Shown piece by piece: positions 8,591 through 17,517 of a DNA stretch of 64,000 bases (positions are counted from its first letter, which is position 1; each line of letters opens with the position of its first letter). Source of the DNA: a virus; the IMG/VR virus record IMGVR_UViG_3300034101_001322, positions 1 to 64,000 of that record; one strand, written 5' to 3'. Position numbers and translations under genes: made by a program. The notes below the pieces were generated by a model. It worked only from the letters and a program-made list of their open reading frames with translations. It did no database searches and was not told the origin of the DNA.

Positions 8591-8607
8591 AGTAACGAGG
8601 AGAAATA

Positions 8608-9177
8608 ATGCCAACTTTTAACACCACAGATCCGAAGCCAGGGTATGTATATGATGCAGCAGTCGATACATGGTTCCCTTTAGCAGGTATAGCAACACAG
8701 ACTCTTGATGGTTTGACGGATGTCATTATTACTTCCGCTTCAACAAACCAGGTTCTTGCATATAATGGAACTAACTGGGTAAACTCTTCTGAGGCTGGAA
8801 ACGTAGATTTATCTAGTGCTCAAACCTTAACAAATAAAACTTTAACTGATCCAAAAATTAATCTAAGTATTAATGAACAAACAGGAACAACATATACTCT
8901 TGTATTAGCAGATAATGGTAAGTTCATTACATCTTCTAATACCTCGGCAATTACAGTTACTATACCGCCCAGCACATCAGTTGCTTATGCAACAGGTGCA
9001 CAGGTCAATATAATTCAGAAAGGAGCGGGACAAGTAACAATCTCACAAGGTTCAGGAGTAACAATTCGTTCAACAGGCGCTACAGCGACTGCTCCTAAAC
9101 TTCGTGCACAGTATTCATCTGCAACTTGTATTTATGAAGGTTCAGATATTTGGTATGTAGTAGGAGACATTGCATAA
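8608..9177 (+). CDS. tail fibre/adaptor protein
   Basis: LDGLTDV, QTLTNKTLT, QTGTTYTLVLAD..IQKGAGQVT..WYVVGDIA fibre motifs. Confidence 0.65.
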   Translation: MPTFNTTDPKPGYVYDAAVDTWFPLAGIATQTLDGLTDVIITSASTNQVLAYNGTNWVNSSEAGNVDLSSAQTLTNKTLTDPKINLSINEQTGTTYTLVLADNGKFITSSNTSAITVTIPPSTSVAYATGAQVNIIQKGAGQVTISQGSGVTIRSTGATATAPKLRAQYSSATCIYEGSDIWYVVGDIA

Positions 9178-11705
9178 TGCCTATTATTGGAACTACTGCA
9201 TCTGCTATAACTGGTAATTTAGGTTTACTTGTTAATTACCTTGTAGTTGCAGGCGGAGGTGGCGGAGCATCTGAATCTGTTGGAGGCACACAAAATGTTG
9301 AAGGTGGTGGAGGTGGAGCAGGAGGTTTACGCTCCACAGTTACAGCAACTGGCGGTGGTGGTTCTCTAGAGTCACCACTTACTTTGGCATTTGACACTTC
9401 TTATACTGTTACAGTTGGTGCAGGTGGTGCAGGAGGTGCAAGTGGTGGTGCTAATTCAGGATCAGTTGGCTCTAATTCAGTTTTTTCAACAATAACTTCT
9501 AATGGCGGCGGTTTTGGTGGTGCTCGTGCAATCGGTGGTAATGGAGGCTCAGGTGGTGGTGGTGGTACAGCAGGCAATTACGCTGGAGGTACTGGTACAT
9601 CAAACCAAGGTTACGCAGGCGGTACTGGATTTTGGGTAAATGAATCTAACGGCGGAGGCGGAGGCGGAGGCGGTGCTGGCGCTGTTGGTGGTAACGGATC
9701 AAGCGGTACAGGCGGTAACGGTGGTGCTGGTGTAGCAACTTCTATTTCAGGTTCTTCTGTAACTTATGCAGGTGGTGGTGGTGGCGGTGGTTATCCAACC
9801 GCAGCAGGTACAGGAGGCTCAGGTGGTGGCGGTGCAGGTGGTTATGTAAGCAATAACAATGCAGCAGCAGGAACAGCAGGAACAGCAAATCTTGGTGCAG
9901 GTGGCGGTGGTGGTGCAACTCATCGCACTGGTAACGGAGCATCAGGTGGCAACGGCGGATCAGGAATTGTTATTGCTAGTTATTCAGGTACTACACAAAA
10001 AGCCTTAGGCGGTGCCATTACATTTTCTGGTGGAAATACAATTCACACTTTTACTTCATCAGGTACATTCCAAACTGGAACAACATTTGGTAGCGCAACA
10101 GGTGGCGTTGTCTATACAGACGGTAATTATTGGTATCACACATTCTATTCATCAGGCACATTTACACCTTTACAATCTTTAACTGCTGATATTCTTGTAG
10201 TTGGTGGTGGAGGTGGAGGTGGAAATGGTTATTACGCAGGTGGCGCAGGCGCTGGCGGTATACTTTCTTTTACAGATCAAAGCATAACAACCGCTTCTGC
10301 AGTAACTGTTGGTGCTGGTGGTGCTGGTGCAACCGTTGGCAACGATTCTCAATTTGCTTCATTAACTCTTGTTAAGGGTGGCGGTAGAGGTGGAAGTCAA
10401 GAAACTGCTGGTGGAAATGGTGGCTCTGGAGGTGGTTCTGGTGGAGTTGGCACTAATGGTGCTCGTTTACCAGGTGGAACTGCAACGGCAGGTCAAGGTA
10501 ACGACGGTGGTACAGGTTTTAACAGATTTGAAAGCATTGGTGCAGGTGGCGGCGGTGGAGGTGCTGGTGCTGTAGGATCAAATGCTAGTTCATCAACTGG
10601 TGGTGCTGGTGGTATTGGAACATCAAGTTTTTCAACTTATGGTGCAGTAACAGGAACTGGTCAAAACATAGATGGAACTCGTTGGTTTGCAGGCGGTGGC
10701 GGTGGATCGGGTGCAGGCTCTGCTGGCGTAGGAGGTTCTGGTGGCGGTGGCGCTGGTTTAAGTGGCTTCCCAATTATAACTGGAAATCCTGGTTTAGCAA
10801 CTACTGGTGGAGGCGGTGGCGCTGCAAATAATGGCGAAACCCCTGTGCAACAAGGTGGAACTGGTGGTAGCGGTGTTGTGATTGTTCGTTACTCAGCAGC
10901 AAAAGCGGTAGGTGGAACAATTACAAATGATGGAACATATTATTATCACACATTTAGATCATCAGGAACTTTTACTCCTAAACAATCATTAAGCGTTGAT
11001 TACTTAGTGGTTGCAGGCGGAGGCGGAGGTAATGCTGGTGGCGGTGGCGCAGGTGGATATCGCACAGCAACATCACAATCTGTTACTGCAACTAACTATA
11101 CTGTTACAGTTGGCGCTGGCGCTACTTGGGGCGCAAAAGGTTCGAACAGTAGTTTCTCTTCTTTTGCTGCTACAGGTGGTGGCTCTGGTGGAAATGACAC
11201 TGGTGTAAATAGTGGTGGTTCTGGCGGTGGTGGAGGACGAGACGGTGGCTCAACTCCTGGTTCTGGAAACCAGGGTGGTTATTCACCAATAGAAGGTCGT
11301 AATGGTGCTGGTAACAATAATACTGGTTGGTGTGGTGGTGGTGGCGGTGGCGGTATTGGAGCCGCTGGATCACCTGGATCAGGTAATGGAGCACCAAGTG
11401 GTGAAGTAGGCGGTAATGGCGGTATTGGTTCATTTACATCAATTTCAGGTGGTGCAACCACTGGTGTAGGGCAGTTATCGTCAGGTAACTATTATTTTGC
11501 AGGTGGTGGTGGCGGTGCCGTTGGTTCATCTAGTGGAACCGCATCATCAGGTGGTATAGGCGGTGGAGGTCGTGGTGGTAATCAAAGTAGCATTACTGCA
11601 GACAATGGAACCGCTAATACTGGAGGCGGCGGAGGCGGTGGAGCATCAGGCTCTAACTCAGGCTCAGGCGGTTCTGGTGTAGTCGTAGTAAGATATGCAA
11701 TCTAA
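9177..11705 (+). CDS. large glycine-rich adhesin-like protein with three tandem Gly-rich modules
   Basis: three (Y/I)LVV(A/G)GGGG..GGSG(I/V)V units separated by HTF.SSGTF linkers; start at TAATG 9177. Confidence 0.75.
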   Translation: MPIIGTTASAITGNLGLLVNYLVVAGGGGGASESVGGTQNVEGGGGGAGGLRSTVTATGGGGSLESPLTLAFDTSYTVTVGAGGAGGASGGANSGSVGSNSVFSTITSNGGGFGGARAIGGNGGSGGGGGTAGNYAGGTGTSNQGYAGGTGFWVNESNGGGGGGGGAGAVGGNGSSGTGGNGGAGVATSISGSSVTYAGGGGGGGYPTAAGTGGSGGGGAGGYVSNNNAAAGTAGTANLGAGGGGGATHRTGNGASGGNGGSGIVIASYSGTTQKALGGAITFSGGNTIHTFTSSGTFQTGTTFGSATGGVVYTDGNYWYHTFYSSGTFTPLQSLTADILVVGGGGGGGNGYYAGGAGAGGILSFTDQSITTASAVTVGAGGAGATVGNDSQFASLTLVKGGGRGGSQETAGGNGGSGGGSGGVGTNGARLPGGTATAGQGNDGGTGFNRFESIGAGGGGGGAGAVGSNASSSTGGAGGIGTSSFSTYGAVTGTGQNIDGTRWFAGGGGGSGAGSAGVGGSGGGGAGLSGFPIITGNPGLATTGGGGGAANNGETPVQQGGTGGSGVVIVRYSAAKAVGGTITNDGTYYYHTFRSSGTFTPKQSLSVDYLVVAGGGGGNAGGGGAGGYRTATSQSVTATNYTVTVGAGATWGAKGSNSSFSSFAATGGGSGGNDTGVNSGGSGGGGGRDGGSTPGSGNQGGYSPIEGRNGAGNNNTGWCGGGGGGGIGAAGSPGSGNGAPSGEVGGNGGIGSFTSISGGATTGVGQLSSGNYYFAGGGGGAVGSSSGTASSGGIGGGGRGGNQSSITADNGTANTGGGGGGGASGSNSGSGGSGVVVVRYAI

Positions 11706-11716
11706 GGGGGAATAAA

Positions 11717-11899
11717 ATGAAAAAAGAAAAAGATTTAACTCAGTGCTTTAGTTTTGAAGTCAAGATGTTAGTACATGTAATTGCTGACAATGAAACAACA
11801 GCAAAAACACAACTTGATGAAAAAGGTGGTATTGTAACTAAGCGTGATGTAAAGTTACTTAATACAATAACTCTCTACGGAGAAGATAAGGATAAATAA
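11717..11899 (+). CDS. hypothetical protein
   Basis: SD AAGGGGG, tightly packed ORF. Confidence 0.6.
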   Translation: MKKEKDLTQCFSFEVKMLVHVIADNETTAKTQLDEKGGIVTKRDVKLLNTITLYGEDKDK

Positions 11900-12241
11900 A
11901 TGGCACACTTTGCAAAAGTAGTAGATGGCATTGTTGAGCAAGTAATTGTTGCCGACACCAAAGAATGGTGTGAATCTAACCTTGGTGGAACCTGGGTTCA
12001 GACTTCATACAATACACATGGCAACGTCCATACATTAGGTGGCACACCTATGCATAAGAACTATGCAGGTATTGGATACACATGGGATGGCACAGGGTTT
12101 GCAGCCCCTCAGCCATACGCTTCATGGACACTTAATGATGAGTCCTATCTTTGGGAAGCACCAACACCTATGCCAACAGACGGCGGTATATATCAATGGG
12201 TAGAAGACGATCTTAACTGGCAATTAATAGAAGGAGAGTAA
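11900..12241 (+). CDS. Trp/Pro-rich partner of glycine-rich protein (copy 2)
   Basis: MAHFA..WVQTSYN..KNYAGIG..PQPYASWTLN. Confidence 0.7.
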   Translation: MAHFAKVVDGIVEQVIVADTKEWCESNLGGTWVQTSYNTHGNVHTLGGTPMHKNYAGIGYTWDGTGFAAPQPYASWTLNDESYLWEAPTPMPTDGGIYQWVEDDLNWQLIEGE

Positions 12242-12243
12242 GC

Positions 12244-12263
12244 AGAATAATTCTGCTATAATA
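12244..12263 (+). promoter_or_regulatory. cassette-boundary promoter AGAATAATTCTGCTATAATA, leaderless
   Basis: TGCTATAAT 12254-12262, 6 nt before ATG 12269. Confidence 0.75.
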
Positions 12264-12268
12264 GCACT

Positions 12269-13132
12269 ATGGCAATCACATTCGATAATGACGGCAAACC
12301 AGCCTATATGTTTAAGCAGGGTGCTTCGTCATCCGATGGTGTTTGGTACGCAGTAGGAGCAAAGGTTGATACCTCTGCTGCTTATGAGTTTACTGGAGCC
12401 AATAGTTTTACCAATACCGTTTTATTTGACGATGCTGTTACAGCAACGAATGGTTGGAATAACTTCCTAAACCCTGCTGCTAGAGATGCAGCACTTGCTA
12501 CTCCAGTGCGTGGAACAATTTGTTTTGTTCGACAAGATGCAGGTGGATCAGCATTAAACCAGATTCAATCATATGATGGTTCTGCTTGGGTTGCAAGCGG
12601 TGACGTTTTTGGAGTTACAGCAGGAACAGGTATTTCTGGTGGCGGTACATCAGGAACAGTAACAGTATCAGTAGATACAGCCGTAGTAGCAACAACAAGC
12701 AACACTCTTACAATGAGTGGAAAAACACTAACATCGCCAGTTTTGGTATCACCAGAAGAGCGTACAAGTGTTTCAACATCTGCTCCAACTTCTACAACAA
12801 ACATTGATGCAGTAACTGCGGGTACACATTTATTTACAGCAAATACAACATCAAACGTAACATTAAATATTCGTGGTGACGGATCTACCACACTTAACAC
12901 ACTAGTTGCTACAGGAGACTCAATATCTATTGCAGTTCTTCTTACAAATGGTGGAACAGCATACTACCCATCAACAATTACAATTGATGGAACTACAGTC
13001 ACTCCAAAGTGGCAAGGTGGTACTGCTCCAAGTTCAGGAAACACATCAAGTATTGATGCATATGTATTTAACATTATTAAGACAGCATCTGCAACATATA
13101 CGGTTTTGGCAAGTCAAACAAAGTTTGCATAA
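12269..13132 (+). CDS. tail fibre/adaptor protein
   Basis: C-terminus (TSAPTSTTN..RGDGSTTLN..WQGGTAPSSGNT..QTKFA) paralogous to 3613. Confidence 0.65.
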   Translation: MAITFDNDGKPAYMFKQGASSSDGVWYAVGAKVDTSAAYEFTGANSFTNTVLFDDAVTATNGWNNFLNPAARDAALATPVRGTICFVRQDAGGSALNQIQSYDGSAWVASGDVFGVTAGTGISGGGTSGTVTVSVDTAVVATTSNTLTMSGKTLTSPVLVSPEERTSVSTSAPTSTTNIDAVTAGTHLFTANTTSNVTLNIRGDGSTTLNTLVATGDSISIAVLLTNGGTAYYPSTITIDGTTVTPKWQGGTAPSSGNTSSIDAYVFNIIKTASATYTVLASQTKFA

Positions 13133-13144
13133 GGGGTAAAGTAA

Positions 13145-14041
13145 ATGCCATTTTTAGGAACTCGTGGTGGTGGTTCGGTAATAGGCTATGGTAGGTTTGG
13201 TGGATCTTCTAGACCTTCAACAGTAGAGGTTCTTGTAATTGCTGGTGGAGGAAGTGGTGGAGCAAATAATACAGGTGGCGGTGGTGGTGCAGGTGGTTAT
13301 CGTTACAACTCTGCACTAGCAACTCCTTCTGGTTCATTTACAGTAACTGTTGGTGCTGGCGGGGCAAGCAGTTCTACTAGAGGTGGTAACTCAACATTTA
13401 GCACCTATGCAGCAACTGGTGGTGGTAGAGCCTATGGTGACTCTAGCGGTGGTGGAAGTTCAGGTGGCTCAGGTGGTGGTGCTGGTGGTAACTACTCAGG
13501 TGGATCTCCAAATCCAGACCAAGCGGCTCAAGCAGGTAACGCTGGAGGGTATACTCCAGTAGAAGGATATGCTGGTGGAAATGCAAAGGGAAATGGTCCC
13601 TATCCTTGTGGTGGTGGCGGTGGTTCTAGTGCGGTAGGAAATAACTGGGGCGGAAATACTGGTGGCTCAGGCGGAGCAGGAACTGCTTCTTCAATTACAG
13701 GTACTTCGGTAACAAGAGCAGGCGGTGGTGGAGGCTCTGGATATTCACCTGAAGGTGGCTCTGGCGGTGGCGGTGGTTCAGGCGGAGGCGGAAGCGCTGG
13801 TGGCGCTGGCGGTAACGCAGGATCTACAAACACAGGTAGCGGTGGCGGTGGGTCAAGCGGTGGAAACGCTGGTGGCTTGCCAGGTGCTGGTGGTTCAGGT
13901 CTTGTTGTTCTTGCTTACCCTAACTCTTTCCCAGAACTAACAAGTGTTGGCGCAGGACTTACTTATTCTTTATCTAATACTTCAAGGTCAGGGTATCGTG
14001 TTTATCAGTTCACACAAGGAACAGGATCGGTGACTTTCTAA
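13145..14041 (+). CDS. glycine-rich adhesin-like protein
   Basis: VLVIAGGGSGG..GGSGLVVLAYP..VYQFT module. Confidence 0.7.
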   Translation: MPFLGTRGGGSVIGYGRFGGSSRPSTVEVLVIAGGGSGGANNTGGGGGAGGYRYNSALATPSGSFTVTVGAGGASSSTRGGNSTFSTYAATGGGRAYGDSSGGGSSGGSGGGAGGNYSGGSPNPDQAAQAGNAGGYTPVEGYAGGNAKGNGPYPCGGGGGSSAVGNNWGGNTGGSGGAGTASSITGTSVTRAGGGGGSGYSPEGGSGGGGGSGGGGSAGGAGGNAGSTNTGSGGGGSSGGNAGGLPGAGGSGLVVLAYPNSFPELTSVGAGLTYSLSNTSRSGYRVYQFTQGTGSVTF

Positions 14042-14409
14042 TGGCTCACTATGCTTTCTTAGATGAAAATAATATTGTCACTGATGTAATTACTGGCAAA
14101 GATGAAAATGAACTTCTTGATGGTTTAGACCCAGAAACTTGGTATGGTAATTTTCGTGGTCAAGTCTGTAAAAGAACTTCTTATCATACGCATGGAAATC
14201 AACATTCTTTAGGTGGTACTCCGTTTAGAAAAAACTATGCAGGTGTTGGAATGACTTACGATCCTGCAAAAGATGCTTTCATTCCTGAAAAACCATATCC
14301 CTCTTGGACATTAAACGAAGAAACATGTCTTTGGGAAGCCCCTGTACTATATCCTGATAGTGAACTACTTCATTTTTGGGACGAAGCAACTTTGTCTTGG
14401 ATAAGATAA
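14041..14409 (+). CDS. Trp/Pro-rich partner of glycine-rich protein (copy 3)
   Basis: MAHYAFLDENN..RTSY..RKNYAGVG..DAFIP.KPYPSW. Confidence 0.7.
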   Translation: MAHYAFLDENNIVTDVITGKDENELLDGLDPETWYGNFRGQVCKRTSYHTHGNQHSLGGTPFRKNYAGVGMTYDPAKDAFIPEKPYPSWTLNEETCLWEAPVLYPDSELLHFWDEATLSWIR

Positions 14410-14438
14410 AAATAATATAAAAAAAGGGGGGGTGTGTT

Positions 14439-15149
14439 ATTAAAAATATAATAACTTTTGTAGAACTAAATGAATTATCAAATTATGAACCAGTACCTGC
14501 TAAGACTATAATTCCTGATTGGTATAAAAAATTAGAATCTTACGTTGGTGGTAAAAAAACTTTTAACATAAATAATCAAGATGGGCATCCAACAGCAAAA
14601 AAATGTATGCCATTATTTGATGCAATTACATCAGGATATATCATGTTTTCTCCAGTAGATTACTATTTTAGAATAAATGAGCGTGGAGAGCAAGAATATA
14701 GTTATGCCAACTCTGTAAAAGAGTGGATTCCTATAAACTTGCATAATCCTGCAACGATAGGGGATTATCCTAACTTGGTATCACCAACATATAGAATGGA
14801 TAGTCCGTGGACAATAAAAACTCCAAAAGGATATTCTGTAATGGTTCTTAATCCTTTACATAGAGAAAATTCTGTATTTAGAATATTTGAAGGAATAGTT
14901 GACACAGATAATCATCCAAGTCCACTTAATTTCCCATTTACCCTGCTTGAACCTAATTTTGAAGGTTTGATTCCAGCAGGAACTCCATTTGCTCAAATTA
15001 TTCCCTTTAAAAGAGATAGTTGGAAAATGAAAATTGAAGAACTTGGGAGTCCTTTACAAAAACACTTTGTTAAAGAAAACTATAAGTTGCAGTCATCATT
15101 TTGGAACTTTTATAAAAATAAGATATGGGCTAGAAAAAGTTTTGAATAG
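14439..15149 (+). CDS. conserved hypothetical protein, possible dUTPase-like fold; probable ATT start
   Basis: frame open from 14421 with no ATG/GTG/TTG before 14607; EPVPAK.IIPDWYK and TAKKCMP upstream of annotated Met; GIVDTD..IPAGTPFAQIIPFKR. Confidence 0.55.
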   Translation: MKNIITFVELNELSNYEPVPAKTIIPDWYKKLESYVGGKKTFNINNQDGHPTAKKCMPLFDAITSGYIMFSPVDYYFRINERGEQEYSYANSVKEWIPINLHNPATIGDYPNLVSPTYRMDSPWTIKTPKGYSVMVLNPLHRENSVFRIFEGIVDTDNHPSPLNFPFTLLEPNFEGLIPAGTPFAQIIPFKRDSWKMKIEELGSPLQKHFVKENYKLQSSFWNFYKNKIWARKSFE

Positions 15150-15154
15150 CAAAT

Positions 15155-15195
15155 AATAAAACCCCCCAAGCCAAAAGCAAGGGGGGTCTTTTATT
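15155..15195. terminator. bidirectional intrinsic terminator
   Basis: ACCCCCC/GGGGGGT stem with A/T tails between convergent genes. Confidence 0.8.
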
Positions 15196-15200
15196 AAATT

Positions 15201-15752
15201 TTATGCTTTACATGGATATTTGTTGTACCACTCGTGATACCGTTTCCCATTTAGGGATGACCATGATGACCAATCTGTTCCGCTTTTTGTCATGTGAAGC
15301 GCCACCTGTGCATTAGTAACTGGGTTAAATAACTCAGCGTTTGAACTTAAGTCAAACTTCTCTCTACGATCTGGACCTAGACCACCTATCATGTTTATTT
15401 GAAACATGCCATATGAACTATCTCCAGTTTTTAAGTTACCATTAAAAGCAAGTGGGCGACCATTAGATTCAGCCTTGGCGATTGCACAAGCAGATCGTAA
15501 AGCCTTTCCTTTGAAGCCTACAGCCTTTAGTAGTTCAACTAACTGCCCATCACTTAAGTTATGAGCATTTTCGTACTTCTCTAACATTTTCTCCTTAGAA
15601 ACCAAAAAAGCCCCTTTGAGGGCTGGTTCAGACTTCTGGGTAGTTTTTATTAGAGTTTTAGTTTCAAGAGCATTAGCGGCATTGCTAAAAGGTGCAATCA
15701 ACCCAACTAGTGCTATCAAACCTAACCAAACCCCTGTTTTATTTTCTCTCAT
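15201..15752 (-). CDS. secreted lytic transglycosylase / lysozyme-like protein
   Basis: signal peptide ending NAANA; AIAKAESNG catalytic Glu, SYGMFQIN, LFNPVTNA..W..W. Confidence 0.8.
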   Translation of the reverse strand: MRENKTGVWLGLIALVGLIAPFSNAANALETKTLIKTTQKSEPALKGAFLVSKEKMLEKYENAHNLSDGQLVELLKAVGFKGKALRSACAIAKAESNGRPLAFNGNLKTGDSSYGMFQINMIGGLGPDRREKFDLSSNAELFNPVTNAQVALHMTKSGTDWSSWSSLNGKRYHEWYNKYPCKA

Positions 15753-15802
15753 TGTATATTACCTCCTAGAGCAAAATAACTACCTTGCGGTAGCATATCT
15801 TA

Positions 15803-15832
15803 ATTGTAGCACGGATTTGTTCTCAAAAGCAA
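15803..15832 (-). promoter_or_regulatory. sigma70-type promoter of transglycosylase
   Basis: TTGCTT-18 nt-TACAAT (TG extended); leader has a GCAA hairpin and AGGAGGT SD. Confidence 0.7.
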
Positions 15833-15898
15833 GTTTTAATGACATTTTATTTAATTTCTTATAAATTTACGCCAGGAAGTGGTATAATAATAATTACT

Positions 15899-16441
15899 AT
15901 GGCTACTGGTGCAACGACTATTTATGATTTACCATACCCGATACTAACAGATCCTGTCAATGTACACGGAGATATTCAGTCATTAGCAGAACAGATTGAA
16001 CTTGTACTTCCTGGTTTAGGATTACCTTATTTTACATATGAGGTTAAAAATTCTAGCGGGGTAACAATTAATAAGGGTGATCCAGTATATGCAACAGGAT
16101 ACTCAACTAAGACTACAGTTGCAAAGTCTGTTTCTGGAACGTTAGCAACATTTCCAGTTCTTGGTTTAGCACAAACAAATATTTCAAACGGCAGTGATGG
16201 AGTTGTTATTGTTTCTGGTATTTTTGCAGGTACCGCTGATATTCCACTAAACACATCTTCGTATACCGCTGGAAATATACTTTATGTAGGAACCTCTGGA
16301 GGTCTTACTGCAACACAGCCAGCAGGCGGTTCAGGGGCTGTAGGAGTTGTTTTAAGATCAAATGCATCGCTAGGTGTCATAATGGTTGGACAACCAAAAG
16401 GTAACGGAACTTGGGGATCAATGAAAGCAGGTTTGGCATAA
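15899..16441 (+). CDS. virion decoration/fibre protein (DUF2190-like)
   Basis: KNSSGVTINKGDPVY..GLA..G..LYVG..GGLT.TQP; start at ATG 15899 after TGGTATAAT 15880-15888. Confidence 0.6.
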   Translation: MATGATTIYDLPYPILTDPVNVHGDIQSLAEQIELVLPGLGLPYFTYEVKNSSGVTINKGDPVYATGYSTKTTVAKSVSGTLATFPVLGLAQTNISNGSDGVVIVSGIFAGTADIPLNTSSYTAGNILYVGTSGGLTATQPAGGSGAVGVVLRSNASLGVIMVGQPKGNGTWGSMKAGLA

Positions 16442-16824
16442 TGGCAACATATAGAGGACAAGGCACAGATTCTTTTTCAATTGGATCAGCCCCACCAAAT
16501 GTTCTTTGGACATTAGTTCGTGGAGACACAGCAGCATTTAGAGTTTATGTTACAGATGAAAATAGAGTGCCACTTACAATTAGTGAGTGGACTATCTCTA
16601 TGGATATTGTTAGACCACCAAGTACATTAATAGTTTCACTTAGTCCAGAAGTAACTTTACAAGACGATGACGGTGAATTTACAGTTTCACTATCTTCTGG
16701 AGAATCTGAAGATCTTGAAACAGGAGATATTTTTGATATTCAATTATCTGATGCTACCCGCACATGGACAATTTGCAAGGGTACAATAACAGTAATTGAA
16801 GACGTAACTGCTGCTGAGAGTTAA
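16441..16824 (+). CDS. virion structural protein, RGDT-motif
   Basis: WTLVRGDTA..FDIQL..WT..GTITVIEDVT; paralogue of 2146. Confidence 0.65.
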   Translation: MATYRGQGTDSFSIGSAPPNVLWTLVRGDTAAFRVYVTDENRVPLTISEWTISMDIVRPPSTLIVSLSPEVTLQDDDGEFTVSLSSGESEDLETGDIFDIQLSDATRTWTICKGTITVIEDVTAAES

Positions 16825-16825
16825 A

Positions 16826-17050
16826 ATGCCAGTAGAAAAAGTTACGACCCTAGAAGTTGTCAAGGTATCAGTAAAGCCAACTGAGTACACAGACATTAAT
16901 ATAACTAGAATCGGAACCACTCTTTCTGAGGTTCAAGGAGTTTATCCATTCAAAGTTAGGTTTAAAGATATCGGATATCCTGGTTTTTCTACCAATACTA
17001 CGCCAGGCATTGGCATAGCAGTCATCGGTAGTACATTCTATATTTTATGA
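16826..17050 (+). CDS. hypothetical virion protein
   Basis: tightly packed ORF; PGIGIAVIGSTFYIL C-terminus. Confidence 0.6.
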   Translation: MPVEKVTTLEVVKVSVKPTEYTDINITRIGTTLSEVQGVYPFKVRFKDIGYPGFSTNTTPGIGIAVIGSTFYIL

Positions 17051-17063
17051 TATAATCACATAT

Positions 17064-17501
17064 ATGGCTATCGTACCAATTAATACGCTGAAAACAAAAT
17101 TTGAGTCTGGAGATAGACCTACTGGACAAGATTTTGCAGATTTAATTGATACTACTTCATACCGTGCAGAAGCGCTTGGTGGAGATGGAAATAACTCAGC
17201 AACAATAACAGGTATTGAAACAGCCACGGTATTTGACACAATTGATACAACTGTATGGAGAACCATAAAGTATCTAATTCAGGTTGCACACCCATCCACA
17301 AACGTATATAAAAGCACAGAAATAAACATAGTTTTTGATGGAACAAATCAAAACATAACAGAGTTTGGCACGGTATCTAATACGGCAAATGCTATTGGAA
17401 ATATCACTGCTAATTTAAATTCTGGTATAATCAGTATGACGGTAACACCCGTATTAACCCCGATGACCATTCGGTATTATCGAACTGGTTTAAAGGCATG
17501 A
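17064..17501 (+). CDS. tail fibre-associated protein
   Basis: LKTKFESGDRPTGQDFADLID; C-terminal domain similar to end of 17518; leaderless after TGATATAAT 17048-17056. Confidence 0.65.
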   Translation: MAIVPINTLKTKFESGDRPTGQDFADLIDTTSYRAEALGGDGNNSATITGIETATVFDTIDTTVWRTIKYLIQVAHPSTNVYKSTEINIVFDGTNQNITEFGTVSNTANAIGNITANLNSGIISMTVTPVLTPMTIRYYRTGLKA

Positions 17502-17517
17502 CCCAAAGGAGCAACAA

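Noticed and set aside
6019-13940. Numerous Pro-, His- or Val-rich ORFs overlapping the glycine-rich genes
   Set aside because: Shadows of GGN/GCN codon runs in other frames and strands; no RBS or promoter
15753-15802. c-di-AMP riboswitch upstream of the transglycosylase
   Set aside because: Leader is only ~45 nt with one small hairpin
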